Positions 29,540 to 40,553 of a DNA stretch of 64,000 nt are shown here, in pieces. Under the pieces are notes generated by a model, which did no database searches, was not told the DNA's origin, and worked only from the letters and a program-made list of their open reading frames with translations. How positions within the stretch are numbered: position 1 is the stretch's first letter; each line of letters begins with the position of its first letter. This DNA comes from Guillardia theta CCMP2712 (lineage: Eukaryota; Protista; Cryptophyta): NCBI RefSeq assembly GCF_000315625.1, contig NW_005434622.1:463697-527696 (forward strand). The letters are read 5' to 3'. Position numbers and translations under genes: made by a program.

Positions 29540-29800
29540 GAAGGCTCGGAGTCCTCGCGCGGCCCGGCGGGACTCGGGGAGGTACGGTCTCAGTCCGAGT
29601 CCCGCCGCCCCGTCACCCGTGCAGCCGTTTACTCAAAGTTAAGTTAAAGAGCAGTACGAGGACAATCAGGAGAGTCGAGGAGGCTTGACCCTGCACAGCG
29701 CGGCCGGTTGTCGGGTCACAGACTTTACGGTCCGACAGGCCCGGGCTGATTCGGATCTCCGCACTGCGACAGGGTCCGAGTCTGCCTGCGGTTGAACCCC
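29540..29800. promoter_or_regulatory. GC-rich island in divergent promoter region (AAGAB / SPP)
   Basis: CCGG-rich, with GTTTACTCAAAG at about 29627. Confidence 0.5.
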
Positions 29801-29946
29801 TCAGAAAAAAAAAGGTTTTTTTCTTTTACAGACAAGCTGCCAAATTTTAGTGTGGGCGGGATGAGGGGAAGGTGGCTGTTGGCAAGACCTTCATTCTCCC
29901 TCCCTCCCTCCATTCTCGGCGAATTCTGAAGGACTATACAGGAACC

Positions 29947-30046
29947 NNNNNNNNNNNNNNNNNNNNNNNNNNNNNNNNNNNNNNNNNNNNNNNNNNNNNN
30001 NNNNNNNNNNNNNNNNNNNNNNNNNNNNNNNNNNNNNNNNNNNNNN
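29947..30046. other. Assembly gap (100 N)
   Basis: Run of N. Confidence 1.
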
Positions 30047-30141
30047 CATCCGCCCCCCCCGACAAAGAACGCGCGCCCGCCCCCCACCAACTAACTTTCA
30101 TAGGGACGCACGCACTATCGGGCAATCAATCCATCCGACTG

Positions 30142-30184
30142 TCCCTCCCTCCCTCCCTCCCTCCCTCCCTCCCTCCCTCCCTCC
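30142..30184. repeat. (CCCT)n microsatellite
   Basis: Directly visible in the sequence. Confidence 0.9.
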
Positions 30185-30330
30185 TCTCTTGGATTCTTTC
30201 GGCATCGCCCTTGCTTGCTTTCATTCCTGAGACCCTCAACTTGTAACTAGCACTTGGTTGTCGAGCTGGAGGGCGAATCCGGCAAAACGCCCATTGAATT
30301 CATAGCCTGCCCGATATTGCTTCCCTCACA

Positions 30331-31650
30331 ATGAAAATTCTTCGGGGCTTTGCGCTCATTCTATCCCTGTCGGTGCTGATCCATGCGCAGAAGATTGAAT
30401 ATCATTCTAGCGCAACTGTCAAAAGATCGCAGAATATGCATCATCACAGCACCAAACTCCAGGAAAAGGCGCCCGCGGGTGTCAAAACAGCGGACAGGGA
30501 AGCCAGGCTTGACCCTGCCAACTTCCTTGTCGTGTTGGTTGCTGGGTTGATTCTCTTCTACTGTGCCGGACGCGCATATGTGCCTCCCTTCACCGACTTC
30601 TCCAAGCTTTCAGAGAGCGAGATAGCCGAATATGAAGAGATTAAGAAAGCAGGTTCTTTGCTGCTTTCATTTCGTTTTCGTCCCATTGAACATCTTGCAG
30701 GAGAGTTGGAGCTCCATACAGCAATCTTGTTTGTTGTTGTCGCATCTGCTGCCTTGGTTCTCCTGTTCTACTTCATGTCAGGTGACAGGAAAGCTTGTTT
30801 GCTGTTTAGTTCATAACTCCCTGTACAGCCATGTCGATTCTTATCACTATCATCTTCAGCCTCGTAGCCACAATATCCTTTGGATTTCTGCTGTACCCGT
30901 ACATCGATCACTGGACAGAAAGAAAGTTTTCCAAGGACGTGGACCTACCTCTCCTCGGACCAGTCCCGCTGTTAGCCTTCTTTGTCGCTCCACTTGCCTT
31001 GCTCGTCGTCGCCCTGTGGCTGTGCACCAAGCATTGGATCGCGAATGACGTGCTTGCAATCTCGTTAGTGGTTTTCTTTCTTGCAAACATCAGGTTGTCA
31101 AGTCTGATGGTCGCTACTGTGTTGTTGCTGTTGGCCTTCTGCTACGATATCTTTTGGGTTTTCATGTCATCTTCAATCTTTGGCAAGAACGTCATGGTCA
31201 CTGTGGCTACTGATTTGGATGTTCCAATCAAGATTCTGGTATGTAAATCTGTCTCGCATGTGAATTTCTGGACTGACACATGTATTCTTACACAAGATCC
31301 CACTGGTCTTGACGGAGGAGACTAAGTCGCAATTGGAATTCACCCTCATCGGTCTCGGCGATATTGTACTTCCCGGCTTGCTTCTATGCTTTGCCTGGCG
31401 AGTTGACTGCGACAAAGGGATCGATATGCAGAAAGGATATTTTGCGGTTACAATGGCCGGATACTTGGTGGCTCTGACGTTATGCGAAATCATCGTGGGC
31501 TCATTGCACCTGGCACAGCCTGCTATGATTTATCTGGTTCCAGGAACTCTGATTCCTTTTACGTTGCTAGCGCTGGTAAGGAAAGAATTCACCGAGGTTT
31601 GGAATGGTGTCGAGGAGACACCCATCGCTGCAGCCCCAGAGAAACCCTAG
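30331..31650 (+). CDS. Signal peptide peptidase-like aspartyl intramembrane protease (peptidase A22B)
   Basis: Signal peptide; HWIANDVL; catalytic YDIFWVF and LIGLGDIVLPG; QPAMIYLVP (PAL motif variant). About three introns. Confidence 0.93.
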
Positions 31651-31744
31651 ATCGTCCGTCGACTCGCATCACTGAACAGCTTTCTTCTACTAGAAAAGTT
31701 AATCAGAGACTAATGAGCCAAACATGTTGCAGGAATGAATTTCA

Positions 31745-32538
31745 TTAGAACTCATCATGTTCCTGCATATCGTCGTCGTAACGATCAAAACCCTCGTCTT
31801 GTTCATCCGGAAGTTCCACTCTTTGAGGAGTTTCCTGAGCTCCCTTTGCCTTCTGGTTGCAAAGAATCAACAGCGATTGACGGAACCCTCCGACAAACCT
31901 TCTGAGCTTCATCAGTCTCAGATCCGCTGGGGGCTTTCTGCTCATTGGTATCGATGAGAGAGTCAGGTCCTCTTCTCGCATTCTTGCCGAAGATCCCTTT
32001 CAGATAATCCAGCGAAGGGTCATAAATCTTCAACCTTGCAACCTGCATGGAAACGGGTTAGAGATTGCTTCTTCAAATCAACAGCATGTAAGTACTGGCT
32101 CTCGGACTGGCATGTCATATCTGCTGCCTCTCCCTCTCGATCTTCTGCTACCTCCCGGTCCCTTGTCGCCTCTGCTTCCCTTCCCGCCTCCACTGTGCCG
32201 ATGTCACACAACTGCAGACGTAGCAAGACACTAGCAGACCTCTTGTCTCGCATCCTCTCGTGCTTCCTCCTTGCATGCATTTGTGTCGGGTTGAGGCGCG
32301 TTGAGTACATCTCGGCGACCACAACAGGGGCAGTGGAGGTGTTGGCGTCACGCTTCACTGCTGTCAAGATGACGATCCTCTTCTCAAACCTCTGGTTGGC
32401 GCCATCCACAACCTCGTATCTGTTCGCAATGTCAGCAACCCTGCCGTCATGGATCGAGTTAATCTTGCTGCAGCGAGATAGAGCCGGCAGGAATGCAAGA
32501 CAACATAGGGAAAAGATAAACACGGCGGTGCTTAGCAT
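31745..32538 (-). CDS. Unknown secretory-pathway protein with C-terminal HDEF
   Basis: Signal peptide MLSTAVFIFSLCCLAFLPALS. A phase-0 splice (AAG|GTTTGT...CCAG|AAG) puts the last exon in frame, ending DDDMQEHDEF*. Confidence 0.6.
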
Positions 32539-33263
32539 ACTTGTTGGATAGCCTCCTAACAAGGGCCATCTTCGCGTCCTGCCATTCCTTTTCCCAGGGA
32601 GAATTGCCTCGCAATGCGTCCCAGAGCCCTTGCCTGCCAGTCCAATACACGGCAAACATCGCAGCCAGTATGAGAATGACAGCTTGACGAGACCAGTCGA
32701 CCATCTGCCATGGCACATGTCAGAGGAACGCAGTGATTGTTATCTCCTATGAGATGGCATAAGTCTTGATAGATTCCTCTAAGAGCAAGTTCTGGTGATC
32801 ACAGAACTGTGCTCTAACAATCTCTCTGCATGTTCATCGTGCTCATTCTATCACAGTCATCCCAACAAGTACTCGATGCTCTACCCTGCTCTCCCCTCCC
32901 GTGACTGGCTACCACTTCGGCCAACTCCTGCTCCTCCTCTTCTACGATCTTCTTTTTCTCGCTTTTTCTCAATCGTAAAACTCAAAAAGAAAATGAAAAA
33001 AGAATGGAAAGCCTGTCCTCAGGGGCCTCCTTGCGCTACTGCTCCTTCCCCTGATCCTCGTCCCCCTGCTTGTCGTGCATCACTGCCTCTCCTTGAGGGG
33101 GACTTGCCAAGTGTCTCTCTCTCATTCCGATGTATGCCGCACATCATGGCTTCAGTCTTGGCTGCTCAATGAAGCATACATCTTCATTCCAATCACAGAA
33201 ACATACTGCTCCTCAGCCCTCAATGCCCTCCTTTCCGCCCTTCCTCCCTCCTTCCCGCCCTCC

Positions 33264-35070
33264 CTAGCTCCGGGGTTCAATACCCTTCATGCTCCGCCGC
33301 TCGTAGTATCGCAAACGACATGCAGTGACACTGCACAGACGGTGAGGACAAGCTGGACGCAGTACTGCATCACCTTGGCGAAGTTGCAGCTCATTCAAGA
33401 GCTCGAAGTTGTCCTCGCGCAGCCTTGCTGAGTTCTCGTTGCCGCCTGACATGGCCGTGAGGACTCGACAGGTTGGAGCTCAGGAAGAATCACCCAGCAC
33501 AAGCGTCTGCAGCGAAGGCAGAAGATTAGGGTGGTCTCGGAGCGCGACCAGCAAAGAGATCATCCATTGCTGCAAAGTGGGCAAGGAGAAGAACGTCAGA
33601 AGAGCTTGAAAAGTCAGACTTGCCTCTACCTCTGGAAGATTGTTGGCAGCTAAGTCTAGCTCCTTCAGGCTACTACACAAGACTTCCCCTGCCACTCATG
33701 TCAATCAGGTCGAACCTCCGGCTTTACCGGCGAACCTTTCTCAGCTTCCTCTGAGATCTTCGTGGGAAAGTGAATCCCCTCTGCAATCTTGTTGTTGAAC
33801 AAACCGAGCTTGACAATCCTGAACGATGCAACGCAAACGGTCACAGGTTAAAACAGCGAACCAGTCATCTCACTTGCAATGTGAAGATGTTAAAACGGTG
33901 AAGAGGCCCTGACCGTTGATCCTATTCCCAGACAGATCGATGTCTCTCCCCACTACTCCAGCGTTGGGTTAATCATGACATCGGATTACAAACATGCACC
34001 TGACGAATGAGCAAGGATCTTGATGGCCTCATTGTCTAGTCCCGAATGGCGAATCCTCACCTGAGAGCATCACAAACAAAAACCTTCAGTTCCACTTGGT
34101 GAGTGTCAGTCGCGTGCTGGCATCACCTGTCCAAGTACAGGGCAACCCACCACCGCGGCAGCAAGCGTCTTTGCTTGTTGTTCGTCAAGATGCAAATCAT
34201 TCAGGCTGGATCATCGTGAATGACAGGAGAGATACATGGGAGAAGACGGAACCTGAGAGATTCTAATCTACAGTTCGAATCTGACAAGGAAGCTGAGAAT
34301 GCTGATGCTGACTCATCTGGAAAAGCGTCACAACAGTGAGGTTCGAGTCGGGGATCACCCGTGAAGGCAAGCGGGCAGCCGTCAAGCTCCAGGTATTTGA
34401 TCTTGTTGTGTGGACGACAAAGTACAGTCCACAATGTTGCAACGCTCTGACCCGTCATGGAGGGATTGTCTGCCAGGTTTAAGCTCTCGATGTAAACATC
34501 TTCTTTGAGCAAAGCTGAACCCAACGCCTTCATGCCGACATCACCAACTTCGATGGATGACAAGTCGACTCGCTCGAGATTTACACCTGCCTCCCCGAAT
34601 ATGCTTGAGAGCTTGCTCAGTCCTTCATCCTTAATTGAATTTCGCGACAGCGAAATCGATCTGAGCACTTTGTTCTTGAGGAAAACTTCTCGCAAGGTCG
34701 AAACCCCTTCGCTTGTGATGCCTTTATAGTCGAGCTCGATTGCCTCCAGGCCAGCATTCTCTGCAAGACCTGGGGCCAACAATGTGAGACCCTCGTCACC
34801 GAATGTACTGTCTCCGATGGCAAGCCGCTTTAGCGCTTTATTATGCTTCAGCATGTTAGAGAAGGCAGAGACTGATTCCGGTTCCAACTTGTGGCCACTT
34901 GCCTTCAGCTCATTCAGAACATGATTGTGCGCTATCGAGTCACACAACTCTCTCCAAGACGATGTCTCCATCACCCTGTTTTTCATGAGCAGTAGGGAAG
35001 TAAGCCCCGGATCATTCTCAGCCAGACGGCCTGTCCAGTCTGAAACTCCTTGTCGCTTACCCCATGCCAT
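33264..35070 (-). CDS. Ribonuclease-inhibitor-type leucine-rich repeat protein (multi-exon)
   Basis: RLAENDPGLTSLLL and LRR_RI repeats (LRSISLSRNSIKDEGL, LERVDLSSIEVGDVG, LKELDLAANNL). Ends are approximate; an in-frame hydrophobic stretch upstream suggests the start may be further 5'. Confidence 0.8.
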
Positions 35071-35561
35071 CGCTTCGAACAATGGGATATTTGAGAGCAG
35101 CAATAAGGAGAAGAGAACGAAACGCAAGTTGGCTGTAATCTTGTACCCTCGTCAGGTGAGTTCCTAGAAAGAGAGCGTTAGAAGTATCATCTTGAACCTC
35201 AAACCACAAATGCTCTCGTTGCTCATCTCCCTAGTCCCTGCTCATTCTGCTTCTTCTTTCTCTCACTCTCACTTTGCTCCTTCTCGCTGCCCCTAGTCCT
35301 CCCCCCTCCCGGCGTTCTCGCTCGATTGTATCATCGCCGAGTCTTGGCATTTTCGGTCGCTTCGATTTTCTAAGCTCGCCTCAGAAAGGGCACGTGCGGT
35401 CACAACTCCGGTCAGAACTGACAAGATGTACTTGTACTGAGGGGAGAAGGGATGGAGACGGGGGCATGGCAGGAAGACATGTGCATATGAGAAGAGGATG
35501 AAAGAGGATCTTGAGCTGATGTGTTTGAGAAGTGAGAAACATTGTGACATGCGACCTCAGG

Positions 35562-35918
35562 ATGACTTGTAGAGTATTTAGACTCTTTAGTCTTGTGAAC
35601 CTGCTTTGTTTGCTGCATGCAGTTTCTGCGTGTCGCCATGCGCCTTGCGGGAAAAGAGGAGTTGTTCGATCGCCTTCGATGATGACTGCTCCATCGCTAA
35701 GTATGCCGTCCAGCATGCACGATACGGGCAAGAGGACTGTGGAAGAACTTGATGGCGCTATCCAACCACCTGAGTCGCAAAGGCTGAGATTGGACGGGTC
35801 TGCGAGCGAACACTCCCACGACGATACACAACAGGAAAGGCCCAACACGGATTCATCGGAAGAGACAGTAGTGAAGGGAGAAGCTGATCCCATGCAGAAT
35901 TCTGATGAGGAGGAGGGC

Positions 35919-35950
<32 letters not shown>

Positions 35951-37460
35951 AGAAGAGATGGTTCTTGATGAATTCGGTCGTGTGCCTGGAGGAATCCTCC
36001 CATCGAATCCATGTTATCCAGACCTGAACTACGACTTTCGGAACTTTCCCAAGTTCTTGGACTCATCGAAAGAAAAGGTTGTCAGTTGTGAAACTGCAAG
36101 GAGCGACTGAAATTCCTTGCAGGAGTTCAATCAGCTTGTGCAAAGCTGCCAGCTGGCATTCAATGCGCGCAATACAAGAAGTGGCCAACAATATAGCACA
36201 GGCGAAACATTTTGGATCGCATCGGACACTGAGCCTCGAATGCCCCTGGAGGTATCGGACGAGTCACGCTGATTTGAAACAGCTCCACTAACACTTGCTG
36301 CCAGAAACTGGCGAAGGCTGTTTTTGAGTTTCATACCCAAGGACTAGAGCCTGGAGTCCATTACGAACCATCCAAGTCTGGAGCTGAGTAAGCATGCTCC
36401 CCCCTGACGACGAGCCGCTGAGTCCCGCAGGTGGTGGACGTTGGCTTTCGAGCCTGGAGACGACGTCGGGCTACACTGGGACAGTGAGTGGCCCCGAGTG
36501 AACGAACCTTAGACGCCAACCCTCATGCCACAGGAGACTACGAGCTCGAGTCGACCAGCGGCATCCTTGTGCATCCCCATCTCTCCACGGTCAGCTTCGT
36601 GGGAGGCAGAGGAACGTATGCTGAGAGAGCATGGAACAGGTGACATACCTGACCGGAGTTGGAGGCCCGACGATCGTGTTCGACAAGATCTCTCCGTGAA
36701 TGTGCCATGGCAATGATTTCATCTCACACAGACGCAGGATGGAGACCGGGCCTCTGGAGGAGATTCTGGGTGAAATAGCTGAGGGCATACTGAGCCGACC
36801 GTCACCTGGTGAGTCTGTGATTGTTGCGACCGGACGTCCACAGGGTTTGACAAGATCCCAGGCAAACATGTCTCGTTCGATGGAAGACTTCTGCATGGCG
36901 CTCCTGCTGACGCCGATGCGTGGAAACACCAGCATTCCAAGAAGGAGAAGAGAATAACTTTCCTAGTCAATGTGTGGCTCAACCATGTCCCCGTGACTGC
37001 TGAAAGATTCCCGGAAGAGAAGGTCAGAGCTTCCTGTCTGCCTGCCTGCAGGTCTCTCCTCACGAGATGAGCAGATCGAGATGTTCAAGGAGATGATGGC
37101 ACTGGATGTCATCCCAGTCAACGACACCGAGGAGGAAGCAGAGCTGCTTGACTTGCCCGAGATGAAAAAGCGCCAAGAGGAGCTTGAGGAGATCAAACTT
37201 CAGTTTAAGACCACGGCAAGAACCCCACCGCCATCTCCTTGCCTCGGCATGACCCTCATTACTTGCAGGCGAGGGCTGAGATGCGGCTGGAGCTCCCTCT
37301 CATAGCGTTGAGGACAAGACACTCCAAGAGCGGCGCGTCCTTCCGCCTTCGTTTTGCTAGCGCCGAGGAGGGCAACAACACTGACAGTCTCTGCTGTCTT
37401 AGTGAGTTCCAGAGACCAAAGGCGAAAGACAGAAAGGAATCGCAGAAAGGGAAGAGATGA
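35562..37460 (+). CDS. Signal-peptide-bearing 2OG-Fe(II) oxygenase-like protein (many exons)
   Basis: Signal MTCRVFRLFSLVNLLCLLHAVSA. Spliced GAEWW, VGLHWD-DYE (HxD), HPHLSTVTYLT, KHVSFDGRLLHGA, RRITFLVNVWLNH. Confidence 0.7.
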
Positions 37461-37529
37461 ACAGAACTAGTAAGTAAATACTATATGCTGAGACTCCACG
37501 AACATCGAGGGGCATCGTGAAGAGCCGAA

Positions 37530-37610
37530 GGCTGGGCGCCGCCGTAGGGCCGGGCGTCACGGTGCTCCGCCGGCCCGGGCAGGGGCCGGCGTGATCGGCC
37601 CCGGAGTAAA
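37530..37610. promoter_or_regulatory. GC-rich island upstream of p31comet
   Basis: GGCCGGG/CCGGCCCGGG tract with GAGTAAAA, about 140 nt before the ATG at 37748. Confidence 0.45.
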
Positions 37611-37747
37611 AGACAATGCAAGTCCGCCTCGCGATGCTTTATTAAGTCATACTAAAAGACAGCAGTACATACCTATGTCGCTCGACATCGTAACTTTCAT
37701 ATGAATGATTGTTATGGCGGGAGATTCAAGTTTGTGGTCAGCGGGAG

Positions 37748-39530
37748 ATGGCTTCTCCTGCAGGAGGGATAGGAAGAGGTCACCGTAGAGCGATGGCGAG
37801 GGAGAGGTCTTGCTATCTTCATGCCGAGGGTGTGAGCTGGAATGAGCAACGGAGGGAGGGAAAGTTGAGAGTCCCCGGGGGGGAGCGGGGGGGGCGGTTG
37901 GCGGGGAGCCTGCAGGGGTGAACCCTTTTCTTTCCCTGGAAGGGATGGATCTTTTTTTGTCGAAGTCTTACTTTCCTCCAGGATGGACCATCAAGAGAAT
38001 GGGAGGAAGAAGCCACTGAGAAGACAGAAGATGGAGAAGGAAAGCTGCCCTTGTTTTGCGTTCATTTGTTCACTCTGACGCATGAATCGTGGTTCAGGTG
38101 CATCACCTCAGTTGCGGTTTCCCCGCTCGACTGCACCGGCACTGTCAAGCGCAAGTGGCTCAGGCGTTCTTAAAGCATCTCCTCTTCATCAGGCAGCAGA
38201 TACCCATGTTAGCACGTGCAACGGGTTGTCAGAACATCTGACGTATTCTTGAATGTACCAGACCGTACGATCAATTTCGCAAGCAAGTGCTTGTTGCAGA
38301 CGTTGTGATGGTGATTATGAATGTGTTGATGATTGAATAGAGCACAGGACGCTCAAAGCAAGAAGACTGCTCGATCAAAAGCTCTTTCAAGAAAATGCAG
38401 AAAAGTTTGAACAGGCAATCGGTTTTCGAACTCATCATGACTACTCCCGCAGTTTATTGAGGGTTCTGACTATGCCCTTGAATCCTTCCACGAACTATTT
38501 GCGTGAGTTTACACTTGACTCCACGCAGAACAGTTTGTGATCTTTTCGCCAAAGCCATCACGACGTTACCTCTATCGCTATTGCGTTTGGTCCAACACCA
38601 ATCAACCCTAGGCAGCTTTTCTTGCTGAAATTCGATGATTGTACAGTATTGTATCCTTCGCAATTCCTTCCACATGACAACACTTTGTAGCTTCAACAGA
38701 AGATATTGAAAGCAGCAAACTTCAGAAATTGGGAATGGTAACTCATTTGTGACTTGGATCAAATCTCTGATGGTACGTGACAGGATGCTTCTCGAGCAAT
38801 TGTGAGACAGTGCATCGGTAGCGGAATCTCTGAATTTGATAGTCCTTCTCTCCCGTAAGACAGCATGTAAAATCACCCCTTGGCTGAAATACTGATTGCA
38901 TTCACAGTCAAAAGATATACCTGATGGCATATGTGCGCAATTATGGGATCAGTCCTGAGAGCGGCTCAGATGAGCAACAGACGAGATTTCACGGGTGATT
39001 CTAGCCTTGTCTTGTTATGCTGGGCTGCTATGAAGCAGACGTTATGTCGCGCTGATGTATGTCTACAGATGGAATTGCAAGCATAATTTTGGATTGAAAG
39101 CAAGGCAGGGATGGAAAAGCTATCTGAAGGTCCAAATAACAAGTTTTACAGGAAGTGTTCCCCAATCATTCTCTACGTCGGATCCCATCAATTCTGTTCA
39201 TCTGCTCCTGAAGATTCTACATTTGTTTCTGAGAGTAAGCGGTTTGACTTAATTCTATCTTTGATTGGTCACAGCGAACTTGGACGCGATTGCAAAGGAT
39301 ATTGAGGTAGGTTTAGGGATGGGACTTTGCACTCTTGAACTTGTTCAAATCAGGCGGAGAGCAACTCTAGCTCACAGGAGCCCTCCCATACTTCGATATG
39401 GCTGCAGTGTCAGGCTGTGAGAACTCAAACACGCTTCCTAATCCTGATGCCCTTGCTGAATGGTCTACAGGTCCTGAAAGGCCTTGTACCCGAGAACTCT
39501 TCGGGTTCAGATTCGACGTCCATGATTTGA
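37748..39530 (+). CDS. MAD2L1BP: MAD2L1-binding protein p31comet (HORMA-like); not visible in the ORF track
   Basis: Spliced motifs AFLKHLLFIRQQIP-PYDQF, IAIAFGPTPINPRQLFLLKF and C-terminal SIWLQCQA|VLKGL follow p31comet motif order. The start is approximate. Confidence 0.75.
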
Positions 39531-39675
39531 AAAGACTAGCATTCGATTCCGCTGTATAATATACCAATCTTAAAAGAATAGAAAGAATCTTTGGAGAGGG
39601 ATTGCACTACACATACATTTCTTCCGTGTTGATTTCCCGTGGACTTTGTCACATTCAAAGTCACTCACACCTCTC

Positions 39676-40390
39676 TCAACCACCCCGATTGTTCTTCCAG
39701 TAATCCCATACCTGAAGCAGCTTAACTTAGTCGCAAACAAGTCAAAACGTTATTTTTCACACCATCCAATCTGTGGACGTCGGCTGCTCATTAATGCAGT
39801 CGCGGCATAAGTAGACTCCCGGGACAGACAAGCCACCCGGTAAGGTCTGGTAGTCTATGAGAACTGCCAAAGGCTTCAATTCTTATTCGCCAAGTCTTCT
39901 CCTCCCCCTACCGACTCTCTTCTTAGACTTGCACACCTTGCATGCATTATTGCCTCCCTGCTCAACCTGGGTTGCGACAGCCTCTTCTTTGGTCACCGAT
40001 TTGGGTTCCTCAACACTCTTTCCCTCTGCCATTACTGGCGTGACATCGTCCTGAGATGGCTGCTCTGTCTTGTTCTCAACATCGGGCACAGCATCTTGAA
40101 CCAAACCATCCGCTTTCTCATGATCAATCACGTTCTCCTCAGGGCCTGTGGTCAACAGCATGAAACTCTAGCAACACGAGCTCAAGTCAACCTCCATTTG
40201 GCACTGCAGGAAGTGTCTGGAGATCAAGAATCATGCCATTCAAGAGAGGAAAGTTGATTGAATCACCTCTGCCGTTTGTTGCTTGTTTTTGTTTTCCTCG
40301 GCATTCTACCTAATGAAATTTCATGAGACATTGACCTCTACCGATCAGTCAGCAGTCTGCTCAGCTAAGTTTTCTTCTGATCTCATTCCA
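39676..40390 (-). CDS. Hypothetical acidic protein with C-terminal CxxC...CxxC motif
   Basis: Exons splice in frame: NAEENKNKQQTAE|TLPAVPNG|GPEENV...CKVCKSKK..YLCRDCINEQPTSTDWM|VWDYWKNNRGG*. The start is uncertain. Confidence 0.45.
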
Positions 40391-40553
40391 TCCTTCCGTC
40401 CTCACATCTCCTCTCGCCCCTGTACTGCCACCCATGTCTCCCCTCTCCCCTGCATCCAGCAGCCTGCATAGTGGGGTTCATACTAATGTTTAGTCAAAAA
40501 GTTGGGACCAGAATGAGGGCGATGAGTCAATTGAGGAGGCGGATCGGGGTTTC

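Noticed and set aside
29725-30246. ORFs spanning the N run
   Set aside because: Artefacts of the assembly gap.
38454-39567. Minus-strand ORFs 38454..38930 and 39367..39567
   Set aside because: Antisense to the spliced p31comet gene, which has recognisable motifs and canonical splice sites.
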